Counted from the stretch's first letter, positions 24,480 through 38,847 are shown. The stretch is 64,000 nt of DNA from Octopus sinensis (GCF_006345805.1 NC_043023.1:8804001-8868000), one strand, 5' to 3'. The notes: generated by a model not told the origin, from the letters alone. Translations and numbers: made by a program.

Positions 24480-26030
24480 TGCGCCAATTTCTAGAGAAGT
24501 TTTGTTTTTCAACGCTAATAGGACCGTGAAGGTATTGTTGTGATTACTTGTTACTGCGTGTTTGTTAAGAACTGTTGTCTGCTTAGCAAGCTTTTGCTGA
24601 AATTGTGTGCTTTCCGCCGACGGGGGAAAGATTTTAAACCTGTGTGATTATTTTCATGAACTTGTTTACAGCTTGTTTGTAGCTTGTTTACAGGTCTTTG
24701 TTTTTGTTTTTAACTGTCCTCATTCGACGGGGGACGATGTGAAAAATTGTCTCTCTCGCAGGAGAAAAATTGATTTAAATTTTCTTCAGAGAGAATTCAT
24801 TTGAAAAAATATTTGTTGTATTTTTCTCTTACGGAAAAAAATGACAGTTGAAATTATTAAAGAACGAATGGCTGTATCTAAAGAAAATCCAAAAACAAGT
24901 GCGGCAAGTATAGCTGCCAGACATTTTGCGGCAGCGGTCACGGTACACCAAGAAAATATTCCACGGTCTGAGTACCAGACATATTATGGAATGTTGACGA
25001 TGAACGGGGCGATGCGAACATTGGCCCACCTAGTGACATTACCATAGAAACGAGGAGCAAAACAATTGTTCACAAATGGTATAATGCAGAAAACTAAAGA
25101 ATTGAAAATTTAGCCAAGGAGAAAATTGAGAAATGCCTCGGGCCAATATGGAAGGATGTCGCATAGGTGGCTCGAAGCAAAAATTTTGCCTCAGTAGAGG
25201 TACATTTTGTGATTGAGGAGAAAGTTCGTGAGAACTCTATGCAGACCTTAAAAACTAATGAGGTGGTAGTTCTGCCTTCATATATGGGGCGAAGAACGTC
25301 CCGGATAAAAAGTACCACCAGAGATAGATATCGCCTGGGTGGTGGCAGCACTGTTTTTTTTCCAGAGAGGATAAAATTAACTTTCCGCGGTTGGATAGCT
25401 TTTTTCCAGGGAGGATAAAATTAACTTTCCGCGGCTGGATAGCTTCTATGGTCAACATCTAGTCTCTCGTATGAATGAACGGTTTCTTCTCGAAATGTTC
25501 AACATCAGGCGATTGGTTCGCTAGGGATGTCCCCTGTCTCAGCTTTTGAATGTGCTGGCTCTTGAGCCATTACTGCGAAGGATGGAGACTTTAGCGGCAT
25601 TCCGCGTAATCTGAGTTGTAGAAGAACGCCTACCGCGTATGCGGGTGGCATCTCCATAATCGTGTCTGATGAATGGCAGCTACCTTGTGTAGGAAACGCC
25701 ATCAAACGATACGAAACGGTGGCATGAGCAGAAATAAACCACAATAAGTCACTCGGCTTGCAACTCGGCACCTGGAGCGAAAAGTTGAACGGAAGATCCT
25801 GTTAAAACGCTAGGGGCCTGTTTCCTGACCTTCAGATAGAGAAGAATTGTTGTGACATCACAAACAAGAAGACTGCCTTAATCCGGACCTGGTCTGGAAG
25901 GGCGTTATCTCTACTAGGACGGGCGGAGGCGACACAGATGTACATAGCTTCTGTTATCACCTACCGCCTGCCCTGTTTCGTGGCTGACCAATTTGGAGCG
26001 CTTCCTCTTCCGGAGGGACTGACCACATCT
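24480..26030 (+). mobile_element. Degenerate, internally deleted L1/Tx1-like LINE
   Basis: RT remnant VR*GCPLS..VLALEPLLR and AYA(D)-like segment at ~25515-25660; ORF1-like fragments upstream. Confidence 0.6.
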
Positions 26031-26481
26031 GTGGCACACTGCCTGCTGTTAAATATGACTTTCTGAACAGCTGTATAGGTTATTATGCTTGATGGTATTT
26101 CCATTGTTATTTTTATAACTAATTAACAAATGTGAGTCGAACACAGAACATAGATTAGTGAGATGATATATGAAAAGGTAGACGTTTTCTTTTTGCAAAG
26201 TGATAAATAGAAAACCTTGGGAATGAGTCTAATTTCTTTACAGTGGTCTAGGTTTCCTCATCAATCTTCCGGTTAGTAATGAGAAATCACATGCAATTCT
26301 GGTTATTGTTTTTACTCTTATAGTGTAGTTGTTGACCTTGGAATTCTCTTCACATCCATGATTTTCCCGCAGACATCAACCACGTCATGCTTACCAATGT
26401 GCGAGAGACCCACTAACTGATGGACACTGTCTCAATGTATTTGAATAGTTTATAAAAGGAAATAGAAATTGAAATGCTTAC

Positions 26482-26603
26482 TTTGAATAAACATGAATTA
26501 TTACTGTCAGAATGAGACAGACAAATGATATTCCGGAACCAATGTTAGAAAGAATAGACAAGAGTTGACTATTCTTTAAATCTCCTTCATTCTGGTAGAC
26601 GTT
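26482..26603 (-). CDS. Adhesion GPCR exon, Stachel end-TM1
   Basis: NVYQNEGDLKNSQLLSILSNIGSGISFVCLILTVIIHVYS-K; AG/GTAAGC. Confidence 0.93.
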
Positions 26604-26806
26604 CTGCAATAGAAACAAACAACAACGTATTATCCCCTCCTCCTCTTCCTTTCTTATATGCTAAGTCAATACTTATATAAATTATGAGTGTTCATATACG
26701 TGGGGACCATCTCCTATTACATGTTACATGATACTTAATTACAATATGAAGCACTACTACATATATAATGTATGTAAGCGACATCTGAGTCCAGGTAGAA
26801 TATACC

Positions 26807-27030
26807 CATTTCTTTATTACCCACAAGGGGCTAAACACAGAGGGGACAAACAAGGACAGACATAGTTATTAAGTCGATTATATCGACCCCAGTGCGTAAC
26901 TGGTACTTATTTAATCGACCCCGAAAGGATGATAGGCAAAGTCGACGTCGGCGGAATTTGAACTCAGAACGTAAGGGCAGACGAAATACGGCTACGCATT
27001 TCGCCCGGCGTGCTAACGTTTCTGCCAGCT
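26807..27030 (-). mobile_element. tRNA-derived SINE family B
   Basis: Minus-strand GAGTTCAAATTCC B-box and GTCGACTTTGCCT.TCATCCTTTCGGGGTCGAT central domain; AATAAAGAAA tail. Confidence 0.85.
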
Positions 27031-27939
27031 TGCAATATACCATCAGCGTTTAAACCTTGAGTTCAAATTCACTGAACGTGTATCTTATGTTATCAGTACA
27101 ACTAATTCAAGGTGCATCACTGAAACGATCTGTTAACTGAGGACCGATGTACGACGTGAAATATGAGATGAATAATTAGCTAGATACATTTAAAATGTGA
27201 AATTGGAATCATTTTGGTAATAAAAACAATAGAAACGAAAACAGTAATAAAGACGAGTTGAATCAGTAGTGTTCCTGAAAACACTGATAATGATAGAAAC
27301 AACATCCGTGACTTGATTATTTAATCTCCGTCATTGTGATGTCAGATGATAATAGAACCAGTATGGAGTGTACTAACATATTGGGTGAGTTCAACTCTTC
27401 GCTTAGGCTTAAATAATCTATAATATATAGGGATATGGTTTTTATGGTTAATAGGAGTGTTGTAAAAACTGATAAATATTGGATACATGTGGATTATTGA
27501 CACAAATTGTCAGTTAAATAAGAGGAGAGATCTTGTAAGAGAATCATGAAACGACCAATGATTAAAATTCTAAGCTGCAAACATGTTTATTGTGCTATTA
27601 AATATCTATCACTTAGAGTAACAGTCTGAGAGTTTCAAAGCAATAGATATTAATTCCAGGAGAGATGACTGTTTCTGTCCTTCACATCCGTGTTGGAAGA
27701 AACCTCACGCATTTTATTGAGGATGGCGACTTGGTGCACCTAACGGACCCCATCGTGAGTTTAAAGTAATAAACAACAGCCGTAGCAGCAAGAACAACAG
27801 TGACTTATTACAAAATATCAATGTCACATATTTACTGAACTATCCACCAACATGAAATTTAATAGGCGTTGAAATTATTTATCCATAGACACAATTGCCA
27901 ATTTACAGGCAGTTAACAACACGCCATAATGTTACCAAC

Positions 27940-28080
27940 CATTAGTATAGCAAAACTTGTAAGATGGTTACAGGAACAAAATACTTTCTTCCTAGGTACA
28001 TAGCGGGACATATTACAGCCTTCTGTCGCCCAATGTTTGGAGGATTCATTCCAGTAGACACATTGGGGGTTGATGGCATT
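27940..28080 (-). CDS. Adhesion GPCR exon, GPS motif with intact HL|T cleavage site and Stachel start
   Basis: NAINPQCVYWNESSKHWATEGCNMSRYVPRKKVFCSCNHLTSFAILM. Confidence 0.96.
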
Positions 28081-28707
28081 CTGGAAAAAATATAAATTCT
28101 GATATTTTAATCAATATTAAAATACATATAATGAATCATTACTAAGCTAAGTTTATAAATGTTTAATTATTACTGACACTGTGAGCGTATATATATATAT
28201 CTATGTATATTCTCCTAATTTATATTGCATCACTATAACAATGACAGAAGAGATTAGTTAGTGTAGTTCTAGAAATGTTAAATGAACTAAATATCGTGAT
28301 GTTCACGATTGTAATGTGTTTTATAATAGGTCAACAAGGTCAAGCATGGCATGAAGGTAAACAACAAGAACAGGATAAAGAAGAGCAACAACAACAACTG
28401 TCAACGAAATCCCAAAGAAATTAACCAAATTTAAAATACACAGCCGCAATCAATGAAAACAATATACTGGCGATACTAAAATACAACACAAATAACTGGA
28501 AACATGTCCATGACACACATTATAAAGATATAGTTATAATTGTCACTTGCAACAGCTAAAACAACAACAACAACTACTGCTACAACTACTACTTGTACTA
28601 TTTGTAGCGCCGTGGTCCATGTTTATTTCAGGAGGAATTAAGTATGTCCTTGAAATGAAAAGAAACAACGAGAACAACAACAGCAATAATAAATAGATAT
28701 TTATTAC

Positions 28708-28842
28708 CGGATCTGTTACATGGAGTGATATTCTAATTGGTTCATCAAGATTGGTAACTGGGGCATGAACGTTAGGAATATTTACAGCAAAAATATGGCT
28801 GTTAATTTTAGTATTTGCTTTGGTATTAGATTTGTGTTGTAC
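28708..28842 (-). CDS. Adhesion GPCR exon, GAIN subdomain B
   Basis: VQHKS..KINSHIFAVNIP..VTNLDEPIRISLHVTDP; phase 0/0. Confidence 0.9.
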
Positions 28843-29259
28843 CTGTAAAGGGAAGCCGTTAGATAAAGTATTTAGTTTCATAGAAAAGTTTATTAAATAC
28901 ATCGTTAAAGCATGAAATCAGAGTTGTTGTACTTCGACATCATTAAATCATATCATCACTTCAGTCAGTACAACAGATCAACACAATATATATTAGATGG
29001 AAATTCACAGCTGAGGGTTGTCCTGGCTTTAAGAAATGGATAATTCGGTTTTACATCCAAACAGTTAACATTAAAAGTTGCTGGTATGACTGTGTACTTA
29101 AGAAGGTCTCTTGGTTATCACCGTCACAGAAATATCATTACCTGTGTTCAACGTCCTTGGATATTCACCATGGGATAAGTGATTTCTACAACACCTTCAG
29201 GTTGACAAGAATATTGTGAGAGGAATTTGGTGTCTCAACCCGCTGAAGATAACGCTTGC

Positions 29260-29360
<101 letters not shown>

Positions 29361-29377
29361 CATATGTGTGTGTGTGT

Positions 29378-29579
29378 GAGGAGGTCCAGTGGTTAGGGCA
29401 GGGGCGGAGGCGAACCCTGCTGTACTCTTTCGTCACAACTTTCTCTCACTCTCTCTTCTGTTGGTCTGCTCGCTTAGCCAGCGGGGGTGGCGACATTTGA
29501 AGGCTAAAACAATGCGAAGCGCATCGTGACCAGTGATGAGTAGCAACATCTGATAGCCTGGTCGGTCACGGTGATCACG

Positions 29580-29583
<4 letters not shown>
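29378..29583 (+). mobile_element. SINE family C deletion variant
   Basis: CAGTGGTTAGGGCAG..CCCTGCTGTACTCTTTCG; tail TGATCACGG repeats; inverse copy at 30905-31070. Confidence 0.75.
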
Positions 29584-29635
<52 letters not shown>

Positions 29636-30309
29636 TCAAATAAAAACATGATGCCAAGGATTTATAACAATGCATAATGTGTGTCTATGGCCTTCTTCAG
29701 CCGCGCACAACTACTACCTCAAGGACATGTATTACATCAAAAATTCTACGTTGGGGATGCAAATCCTCTCATTCGCGTACGACATAATGCGGCAACAGCA
29801 TAAAAATGAAGCGTCCATCTCGTCCTTCTCTCAATGTAGAATGAGGAAGTTTGGATGTTGAGGTAATATAAATAAATAAATAAATAAATATATACATATA
29901 TAAATACAGACAGACGTGAAGGAACCTGGTAATGAGAGCAAATAGGGATAAAGATGGAGGGGCGAGAATTCAGGACGAAGGATAAAAAAATATATAAAAA
30001 GGTGAAAAATAAGAATGTAAGTATAGAAAAATATAAAAATGTAGAGTATAAAGATATAAAGAGATATAAAAAAATATTAAAAAATATAAATGAATATAAA
30101 GGTATATATATACATGGTGAGAAAAGTGTTTAATTCTTTCAGACGATATAGTAATCATCTGAGAGCTCCCACCTTTTGCTTTCTCTCGTTTGGCATGTAT
30201 AAATATATACATATTTTGTATTTGATGTATGTAATGTATTTGATGCGTCTTATTTTCTTATGCCCATAAATGCCTGTACATACACACATATTTGTATGTA
30301 TGTATTTTT

Positions 30310-30702
30310 TCCTTGTTTCAGTCATTTGACTGCGGCCATGCTGGAGCACCGCCTTTAGTCGAGCAATTCGACCCCGGGACATATTCTTTGTAAGCCCAGT
30401 ACTTATTTATCGGTCTCTTTAGCTGAACCGCTAAGTAACGGGGACATAAACACACCAGCATCGGTTGTCAAGCAATGCTAAGGGGACAAATACAGACACA
30501 CAAACATACACGCACACGCACATATATATATACATATATACGACGGGCTTCTTTCAGTTTCCTTCTACCAAATCCACACACAAGGCTTTGGTCGGCCTGA
30601 GGCTATAGTAGAAGACACTTGCCCAAGGTGCCACACAGTGAGACTGAACCGGAACCATGTGGTTGGTAAGAAAGCTACTTACCACACAGCCACTCCTGCG
30701 CC
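30310..30702 (-). mobile_element. SINE family A, full length (tRNA head, CORE-like CCTTGGGCAAGT segment)
   Basis: Minus-strand GGCGCAGGAGTGGCTGTGTGGTAAG A-box and GGTTCAGTC B-box; internal (TA/CA)n. Confidence 0.9.
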
Positions 30703-30904
30703 TATGTATGTATGTATATGCACACATACACACACACATACGACAAAGACATGGGATAAACAAGCTTTAATTACAAATTGCAATATTTATTTCTGTGCAG
30801 TGGCAATAGCTGCACGGCTCTGAGTTCTGAGTCCCATACCACCAATTAATTAATTCATTCATAATATATTCCATAAAGTCATTTTCAAAAAGAAATTCTC
30901 CTCT

Positions 30905-31070
30905 ATCACGATGGTCACGATGCGCTTCGCATTGTTTTAGCCTTCAAATCACGCCACCCCGCTGGCTAAGCGAGCAGACCAACAGAAGAAAGGGTGAGAG
31001 AAAGTTGTGACGAAAGAGTACAGCAGGGATCGCCTCCGCCCCTGCCCTAACCACTGGGCCATTGCACCTC
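30905..31070 (-). mobile_element. SINE family C deletion variant
   Basis: Reverse complement of 29378-29583. Confidence 0.75.
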
Positions 31071-31159
31071 CACACACACATGTATATATATATAAATATA
31101 TACAAAGCATACACATATACATATGTGCGGAAATACACCCCATCTTTTCTGATAATATG

Positions 31160-32330
31160 CAGGGGTAGGACAACATAATGGAAACACCTTGCATCATAGC
31201 ATCATAATTTTGAAATGTCTATAAAACCGTTAAAAGCTGGTTTATTTTATGTTTTTGGTTTATTATTAGTGATGCTGAATATGTTTAGCTAAATTGCTGT
31301 TTCTATTCAGTATCATTGGGTAATTATTCATTTGACAGATATGTTTCAAAGATATTAAATTGCTGGTGCTCGTATGGCAGCAGTGTAACGAAACCAGCCG
31401 AAATGTTTGGTGTATCATAAAGTACTCCCTAATGACAGCCTTTCTTTGAGAAATAGAGAGAAAAGCCTCCTTATCGAAACAAAACTCGAGAAGAAAACAA
31501 AGCTTTCAGATAGGGACCGTCGAACTCTTACGCGAATTTTTAGAAACGTTCACAAAAGTACAGCTCCCAAAATTGCGGCAGATTTTGATGACCAACTGGT
31601 CCCAGCTCAAGAGCCCGATTTCATTGGAAGGTTGAAGTCAGAAGACAAACGTTGCAAACGTTTAGAGTGGAGTAAAACCCCACAGAATCGGTCCCTAGAG
31701 CAGTGGGGGAAATTTATTTTCAAGGACGTGTCGTCCTTTACCCTTTTTCCGATCACTGGCCGAGTATACATGTGGAGACAACCTAAAGAAGCATTTGACC
31801 CAGACTGGCTTCTTCCAACTGTTAAAGATGGAGGAGCATCTAGGATGATCCGGAGGGCTATAACTTGGAAATACGCCGACCCGATGGTTTCCCTCATGGC
31901 AAAATTAATAATCAAGTCTATTTAAGTTTTTATCTGATCAAATTCATCCTTTGGTTGCGGAACTGCTTCCGGAGGGATACGCAATCTTTCGGGATGATAA
32001 TGCACCAATTCACACAACTAAAGTTATTACTGAATGGCACGAGGAACATTCTAGTGAAGTTGAACATCTTAATCTGGCCACCACAGTCCCCAGATCTCAA
32101 TATTATTGAACATTTATTGTGCATTTTAGAAAAACAAGTAAGGAGTCGATATCCTCTACCCTCATCACTACAAGAATGGAGACTTTTAGCTGAAGAATGG
32201 ACAAAACATTCCTTTCGAAACAATTCATACTTTGTACGAGTCCATTCCTCGTAGAATTCAAGCTGTAATTACTGCCAAAGGCGGTCATTAAACTAAATTT
32301 CTTTGAAATTTTAAGATGATTCCATTATTC
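31160..32330 (+). mobile_element. Tc1-family DNA transposon, degenerate
   Basis: LSDRDRR, DVSSF (DESxF), PTVKDGG, FRDDNAPIH, WPPQSPDLNIIEHL, SIPRRIQAVITAKGG; TIR remnants ATAATGGAAACACCTT / AAGATGATTCCATTAT. Confidence 0.9.
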
Positions 32331-32471
32331 CAGATGAGGGTAGCTATATCAAACTCTATGGTTCATCAAGTGCCACATATAAAAGGAGGCTCTTATTAAT
32401 AACAGTGTAGCAAAACGGCGGTGCATCAGCATGGCCACAGCTCTGAGCTGAAACTAGAGGAATATACATAC

Positions 32472-32573
<102 letters not shown>

Positions 32574-33399
32574 ATATATATAATATTAATTTACAGGAAA
32601 AAATTCAATTTAGAAAAACTAAATCAAATCTCACAATCTATAATATATATATAAAAATTAGAAAAAAAACACCTTCCATCAATTCAAAATGAACAATTAA
32701 ATTACTCCATCTAGAAAATTACATATAATAGAAATATTAAATATATAATGAAAATAATATATCAATGATTAAGTAATGTGCAAAATAATAAAAAAAATGT
32801 ATATATAGGTATGACAGGCGCCTTCCAGCTTCCGTCTCTTATAATCACTTACAAGAATTTATTACACTCAGAACCATGGTAGCTTTTAAAGTACAAACAT
32901 ATTATTTTGAGTACAAATATATTATTTTTTACAATAACAATATTGACAATGACTTCGAATTTTCGTTCGGCTTAACCATCATCGGTTTGTCAAAGTGACT
33001 TAGCAGTCCGAATCTTCCAAGTTACTGTGAATGCTTTTCTTGTTAAATGAATACACGCCGATGTTTGATTATTTGGTGGTATATTTTCTGAAAGAACTGT
33101 GATTTCAACACACAAAGTGCGTTAAAAGTAAATTCGCCGAGGCATAATTCAGAACAAGCGCCGCCCTGAGTTTGTAATATGCATCATAAATCACACATAT
33201 ACACACACGCATACATACACGCATAGAAGTGCACTCATACAAACACACAAACATGTCCATATATACATATGCACAAACATATAAACATTGGTAATTGTGT
33301 CATATTAGTATTGTTTCTTCCATTATCAAAAATGCATGAATGAATTCAAACTACTTTAGGTTAACCAGAGAAAGAAATATTTCTATTCTTGTACCATAC

Positions 33400-33546
33400 C
33401 CTATATAGCTTATCGTCCCGCAAACTGACCATGGAAATCCTTGAAATGTTTACCAGTTCTTCGTCTTTCATATGTCTTAATAAACTCTTTGGTAAAGAAA
33501 TGAAGTCCATCGTATCATCTACATTTGAGTTTGAGTTCTGATATAT
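33400..33546 (-). CDS. Adhesion GPCR exon, GAIN
   Basis: IYQNSNSNVDDTMDFISLPKSLL..SRISMVSLRDDKLYR; phase 0/0. Confidence 0.9.
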
Positions 33547-34425
33547 CTGGTGGAGGAAAATGGAAAAAAAAATGAAATTGATACTTAAAAGAAAAACACT
33601 TCTACGACTGAATTTTGTTGACGTCATAAAAATTTTTATAAACTTTTCACAGAACATGAAGTGAAATAATTATTTCTTGGAATAGAGGATTTCGAAAGAC
33701 ATAGATATTGATTTGAAAAATCCTCTGGATAGGAGAAGCCTCACAAGTAGCTTTTGATTTTCCCATTCAAAAATATCTTTTATGCCAATATTTTCGTGTT
33801 ATCATTTATAGCATTTTGTGCTTCGAGATCCATTGCAAAAAAGGAATTATTGCTATTACGCTTGTTATTGCTTTTGTAACTTCAACTTTTTTCCACAAAT
33901 ACATTACTACAACATTACAGTTAACATAACAGATAAAACTCTCATTATCACCCACCACCACTGCTTCATACACAAGTAGTCAGAGGTGTTTCAACTTTAG
34001 TCAACTAATTATTCGTGTATTCAGTAATTTTCTTCTTACTGTCCCAATATTTGACTTACTTGCGGGTACCTAGTTACATGAATACAACAGTGTACAAGGC
34101 TATGGCTATCTCAATCATTTGAACCATTTTCATCATTTGGTAATCCTTCCGAAACGTTTTGCACACATATATAAAAACAGAGGAACACACTCACATAGTT
34201 ACTCATTAGACATTGGCATCCAATGTTCCTCCCACTATACAGGCTGACAGTCGCTTCAAATACATGTTAATAGAAATTAGGACAGCTTGCTCTCTTATTC
34301 TGTGCGTAGTTAAGAACATATTTGAAATTGTGTAAGCAGGGATTTCGAAAGGTTTTCAACAGGTCAAGTGTCAAAATTTCTATTGAATTCAATAAAAGAT
34401 TTTTAAAAATTAAGTAACAGATTTC

Positions 34426-34785
34426 GGATCTTTTCTTTTGAACGGCAGTTTTCAACACAATTTCTAGTTAACTAAACACTTTTAAACTTCGTATACTGGT
34501 AGAATGTGTCAAAATAAAACATTTTATTCTCTTGGCTTTCTTGAGAAAATTGTAATTTGTAAGTTTAACAGAGTTTAATTTTTCGAATTTTAACCAATCA
34601 ATAGCCTCTATTGAGCTAAAATCATTTGCTGCGTAAACTACGTTAAACTTACAAATTACAATTTTCTCAAGAAAGCCAAGAGAAAAAATGTTTTATTTTG
34701 ACACATTCTACCAGTATACGAAGTTTAAAAGTGTTTAGTTAGCTAGAAATTGTGTTGAAAACTGCCGTTCAAAAGGAAAAGATCC
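34426..34785. mobile_element. MITE with ~145-bp TIRs and 8-bp TSD (Merlin-like)
   Basis: GGATC...GATCC termini; arms 34426-34569 and 34642-34785; CAGATTTC duplicated at 34418-34425 and 34786-34793. Confidence 0.88.
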
Positions 34786-34816
34786 CAGATTTCTTTTCAG
34801 TTCAGAATATGTGTGC

Positions 34817-34852
<36 letters not shown>

Positions 34853-35247
34853 TTTGTTAGATGTTCATATAAAATTATAACAATAATCTTGAGGAAGCTT
34901 GAAAGATCTACTGATAGGTTTTGTTTTTCCTCTGCGTGCGTTGGTTTCGTTCGATTGTATTAGGAGTACAATTTTATTTTAATTGTATTACTAAAAGCTT
35001 TCAGCCATGAAGAGTTGTTTTTCGGAAATATGGTGTTCTGGGGAAGGAATTTTTTTTTTTTTACTTTGCTGTGTGAACCTGTGTTAATGGTTGGGCGCAT
35101 GAGGGCGGAACTCTGAAAAGGAAGAAAGCGGATCACCAGAACAGATGCACACACAGAAACACAAGCACACACAAAGAAATCATACACACACACAACACGC
35201 TCAACACACACGCACACTCACACACGAGGCAGATCATATAGATATAG

Positions 35248-35820
35248 GGCGGTGAGCTGGCAGAAACGTTAGCGCGCCGAGCGAAATGCTTAGCGGTATT
35301 TCGTCTGTCGTTACGTTCTAAGTTCAAATTCCGCCGAGGTCGACTTTGCCTTTCATCCTTTCGGGCTCGATAATAAGTACCAGTTTCACTGGGGGGAGGT
35401 CGATGTAATCGACTTAATCCTTTGTCTGTCCTTGTTTATCCCCTCTATGTTTAGTCCCTTGTGGGCAATAAAGAAATACATATATCTAAAGCAATCACAC
35501 GTCTTTGCCTTTCATCCTTTCGGGGTCGATAAATTAAGTACCAGTTACGCACTGGGGTCGATGTAATCAACTTAATCCGTTTGTATGTCCTTGTTTGTCC
35601 CCTCTATGTTTAGCCCCTTGTAGGTAGTAAAGAAATAGGTATTTCGTCTGTCTTTACGTTCTGAGTTCAAATTCCGCCGAGGTCGACTTTGCCTTCCATT
35701 ATTTCGGGGTCGATAAATTAAGTACCAGTTACGCACTGGGGTCGATGTAATCGACTTAATCCGTTTGTCTGTCCTTGTTTGTCCCCTCTATGTTTAGCCC
35801 CTTGTGGGTAGTAAAGGAAT
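35248..35820 (+). mobile_element. SINE family B, tandem trimer (one full, two 5'-truncated)
   Basis: GCCTT.CAT..TTTCGGG and GTCCTTGTTT.TCCCCTCTATG three times. Confidence 0.85.
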
Positions 35821-36335
35821 ATATATAGATACATTTCCGTTTTTAGGAAGAGTTCAAAACCCCAAAATTCACAGTAAAATAGTGATAAAGATGTGTGTAA
35901 ACTATTATTGTTCCATATTTATTTGTGGTTTATATTTGTTCATGCAGTTTTCCTTTGTCAGCTTTAGGCGGTGCGATGACAGTCTTCAGTCTTTACCTTC
36001 TATGTTCAAATTTCACCTTTCATTGTTTCTGGCTCAGGGAAATAAGTATCACTGAAGTACTGGAGTCAATGTAATTGACACTACCCACTCAACAAATTTC
36101 AGACATTGTCCCTGTAGTAGGAGGATTATTATGGTAGCGTTATTGCAAAGTTATATAATCTGTGTGCTGCGTATATTATTATATTTTGTACTTAAATTGC
36201 TATCTCTATCGAGCTCTGTAACATAACTACTTTACGTAACTATAAAAACATTATAATTCATCCTAATATATTTTATTAACTTGGGTGTTTAGAACAAACA
36301 TTCAATAAGACAGTAATCAAGAGAAATTATTGTAC

Positions 36336-36507
36336 CTCAGTCCTTGCTTCTGTTTCATTGGTTCCATATGAAACAGCATAAGTGAGGCCGTTGAAAGTGT
36401 CCTTCTCCACTTTGGCAGCACCAATACCAAGATTAGAATATAAAGCTGTGACTGACTGCTCTCCCAGTGGAATCTGTTCTGGGATTGTTTCTATGATGTC
36501 CAGCATT
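36336..36507 (-). CDS. Adhesion GPCR exon, GAIN
   Basis: (R)MLDIIETIPEQIPLGEQSVTALYSNLGIGAAKVEKDTFNGLTYAVSYGTNETEARTE. Confidence 0.9.
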
Positions 36508-36886
36508 CTGTAAGAAAACCGAGAAAACAACCTTCAGTTGACAGTATGTTTCATATATGTAATTAGATATAGGTTTAATCATATTAATTATATTGATTAA
36601 AATATTTTTTTCACATGACTATTGCAAATGTTGCTTCTGTCGTTGTTACTGCTATTGCTAATATTGTTTCCGCAACATCGCCACCGCCACCGCAACAACA
36701 ACCACCACTACCAACACCATCACCACTACCACCAGCAACAGCGGCAACAACAGCAAGAATAACAATTGCTACTACTACTACTACCACGGCTGCTGCCGCC
36801 GACACTGCTTCCACTGCTGCAACCCCTGCCCACCGCTGAAGTTGCTACTGCTACTGCACTAACAATAAATGAGATGTGAATTTTAC

Positions 36887-37106
36887 CTGTTGACACTTCT
36901 ATTAAATTGTTCTGCCTCAACCAAAATCTTCTCCGGTGTGTTTATCATATTGTTGATACGAAGAAGTGTTATATTGACGGACACATTCGATATCAATGGC
37001 ACCATTTTCTTGAGTACATCTACAGCCAAGTCAACATCTTCTTTTTTGAAATACACTGATTTCTCTGAAATATTTAGGAGCTTTGTTGAAACCGGTTCAA
37101 AATTTT
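36887..37106 (-). CDS. Adhesion GPCR exon, GAIN subdomain A
   Basis: NFEPVSTKLLNIS..KEDVDLAVDVLKKM..INNMINTPEKILVEAEQFNRSVN; phase 1/2 fits neighbours. Confidence 0.9.
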
Positions 37107-37392
37107 CTGCAACGAAAAGTTTAACAAAATAGTGACTGTAACAGCTGCTTTGAGACGAAATTATGTTGCGTCTGGGGAGAGAAAACGAAGTTGTAACGAA
37201 ATATTAGAGGCAAATTAAGCACAGCAATTAATGAATCACTGAAAGTTCATTAACGTCTCCAACTTAATGTGGTGCAGAAATTGCTAAATGTGTTCAGTTC
37301 ATCAGTTGTATACTCATTGTTATGTATCCTTAGTGTCTCCTACTTTGCAGCATTAAATGGGATCGTTTATAGTTTGAGACATACTTGAATGT

Positions 37393-37790
37393 GTGAGTGT
37401 GGTAAGTGGTTTGCTTACGAACCACATGGTTCCAGGTTCAGTCCCACTGCCTGGCACCTTAGGTAAGTGTCTTCTACTATTGCCTCAGGCCGACCAAAGC
37501 CTTGTGAATGGATTTGGTAGACGGAAACTGAAAGAAGCCCGTCGTATATATATATATGTATATATACATATATATATATGCATGTGCGTGTTTGTGTGTC
37601 CGTGTTTGTCCCCCCAACATCACTTGACAACCGATGCTGGTGTGTTTACGTCCCCGTAACTTAGCGGTTCGGCGAAAAAGAGACCGATAAAATAAGTACT
37701 AGGCTTACAAAGAATAAGTCCTGGGGTCGATTTGCTCGACTAAAGGCGGTGTCCCAGCATGGCCACAGTTACATGACTGAAACAAGTAAA
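37393..37790 (+). mobile_element. SINE family A, near full length
   Basis: Same head, body and tail as 30310-30702. Confidence 0.88.
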
Positions 37791-38701
37791 AAAAACTAAT
37801 GAGCTAATACATCAGCCTTCAGAAACAGCAGTCAATCTGAACGAAACTATTCTTCCAATGACAAAATACAAAACGAGTCGTAGTTCTAATACTTAATATT
37901 GCTCAGACTTCCTCAAGGCCATATGAAAAAAATCTCAGCATTTAAGGCTCATGAAAATATTAAAAATTTTATGGTGACAAATGAAATTGATAAATTGTTC
38001 ATATTCTATGGTACGCAACTATGTGGCCTGCATCATTGAACATTTAAATATTTTACAACCATCAGCATCACGTAATGTATTTACAAAGATATGAACCGAC
38101 ATTATCTCTATTAATTTCTTGTGGGGACGCCGTAATTCGTTACGAAACCATAATATAATACCAAGAACATGAAGAGATTTATAAATCAATGGTGAGTTCT
38201 ACCGTGTTAGCAGTGCTATTAACTAACATTCTAAAGCTATTCCTACTGAAAACGAAATTAGATTTTCGTATACGAAACATCATAAGAAATTATTGGTAGT
38301 TCAAACTTCTATAAAAGAAACCTGTAGAGATAAATTAATAAAGTGATTATTTCTATTGCTTTTCCACTGTATTGTATTTCCGTGGCCATTCTACAAAAAG
38401 TCATTAAAATTTTAACGATATAATATTAAATTCAAATCTAAGTATTAACTTCTGTCATAAAGTTTCCGTAACGGATTCAAATTGATCCCCCTTTGGAGAA
38501 CATGAACACATAATATGAGAGCTCAAAAGAAAAATTATTACGTATTACTACTTGGTAGATAACTTTAATCAGAAACATATACACATACACACATACAGTA
38601 ATTGTAATGAACACTCATACAAAGACATACACAGCTCCTCTTCATGCTGAAACAATTAATAAATCTGCTGTAAGAGTATTTCGAAACTGGTTTTCACTCA
38701 C

Positions 38702-38847
38702 CTTCATCAATGCCTTTGGTGGTGATGTTCTTTAGTTTTCCAGTGATCCACTCTGTATTGTTACACTGAGACATGTCTGGCTCTTGCCACACACCGGTAA
38801 ATGGCGAACACTTCCTTGATGTCATATATGGACTTGTTCTGGATGAA
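38702..38847 (-). CDS. Adhesion GPCR exon, HRM C-half
   Basis: SSRTSPYMTSRKCSPFTGVWQEPDMSQCNNTEWITGKLKNITTKGIDE. Confidence 0.9.

Noticed and set aside
36611-36860. Pro/Thr/Ala-rich ORF as a mucin-like stalk exon
   Set aside because: Trinucleotide-repeat intron; the flanking exons already join in phase without it.
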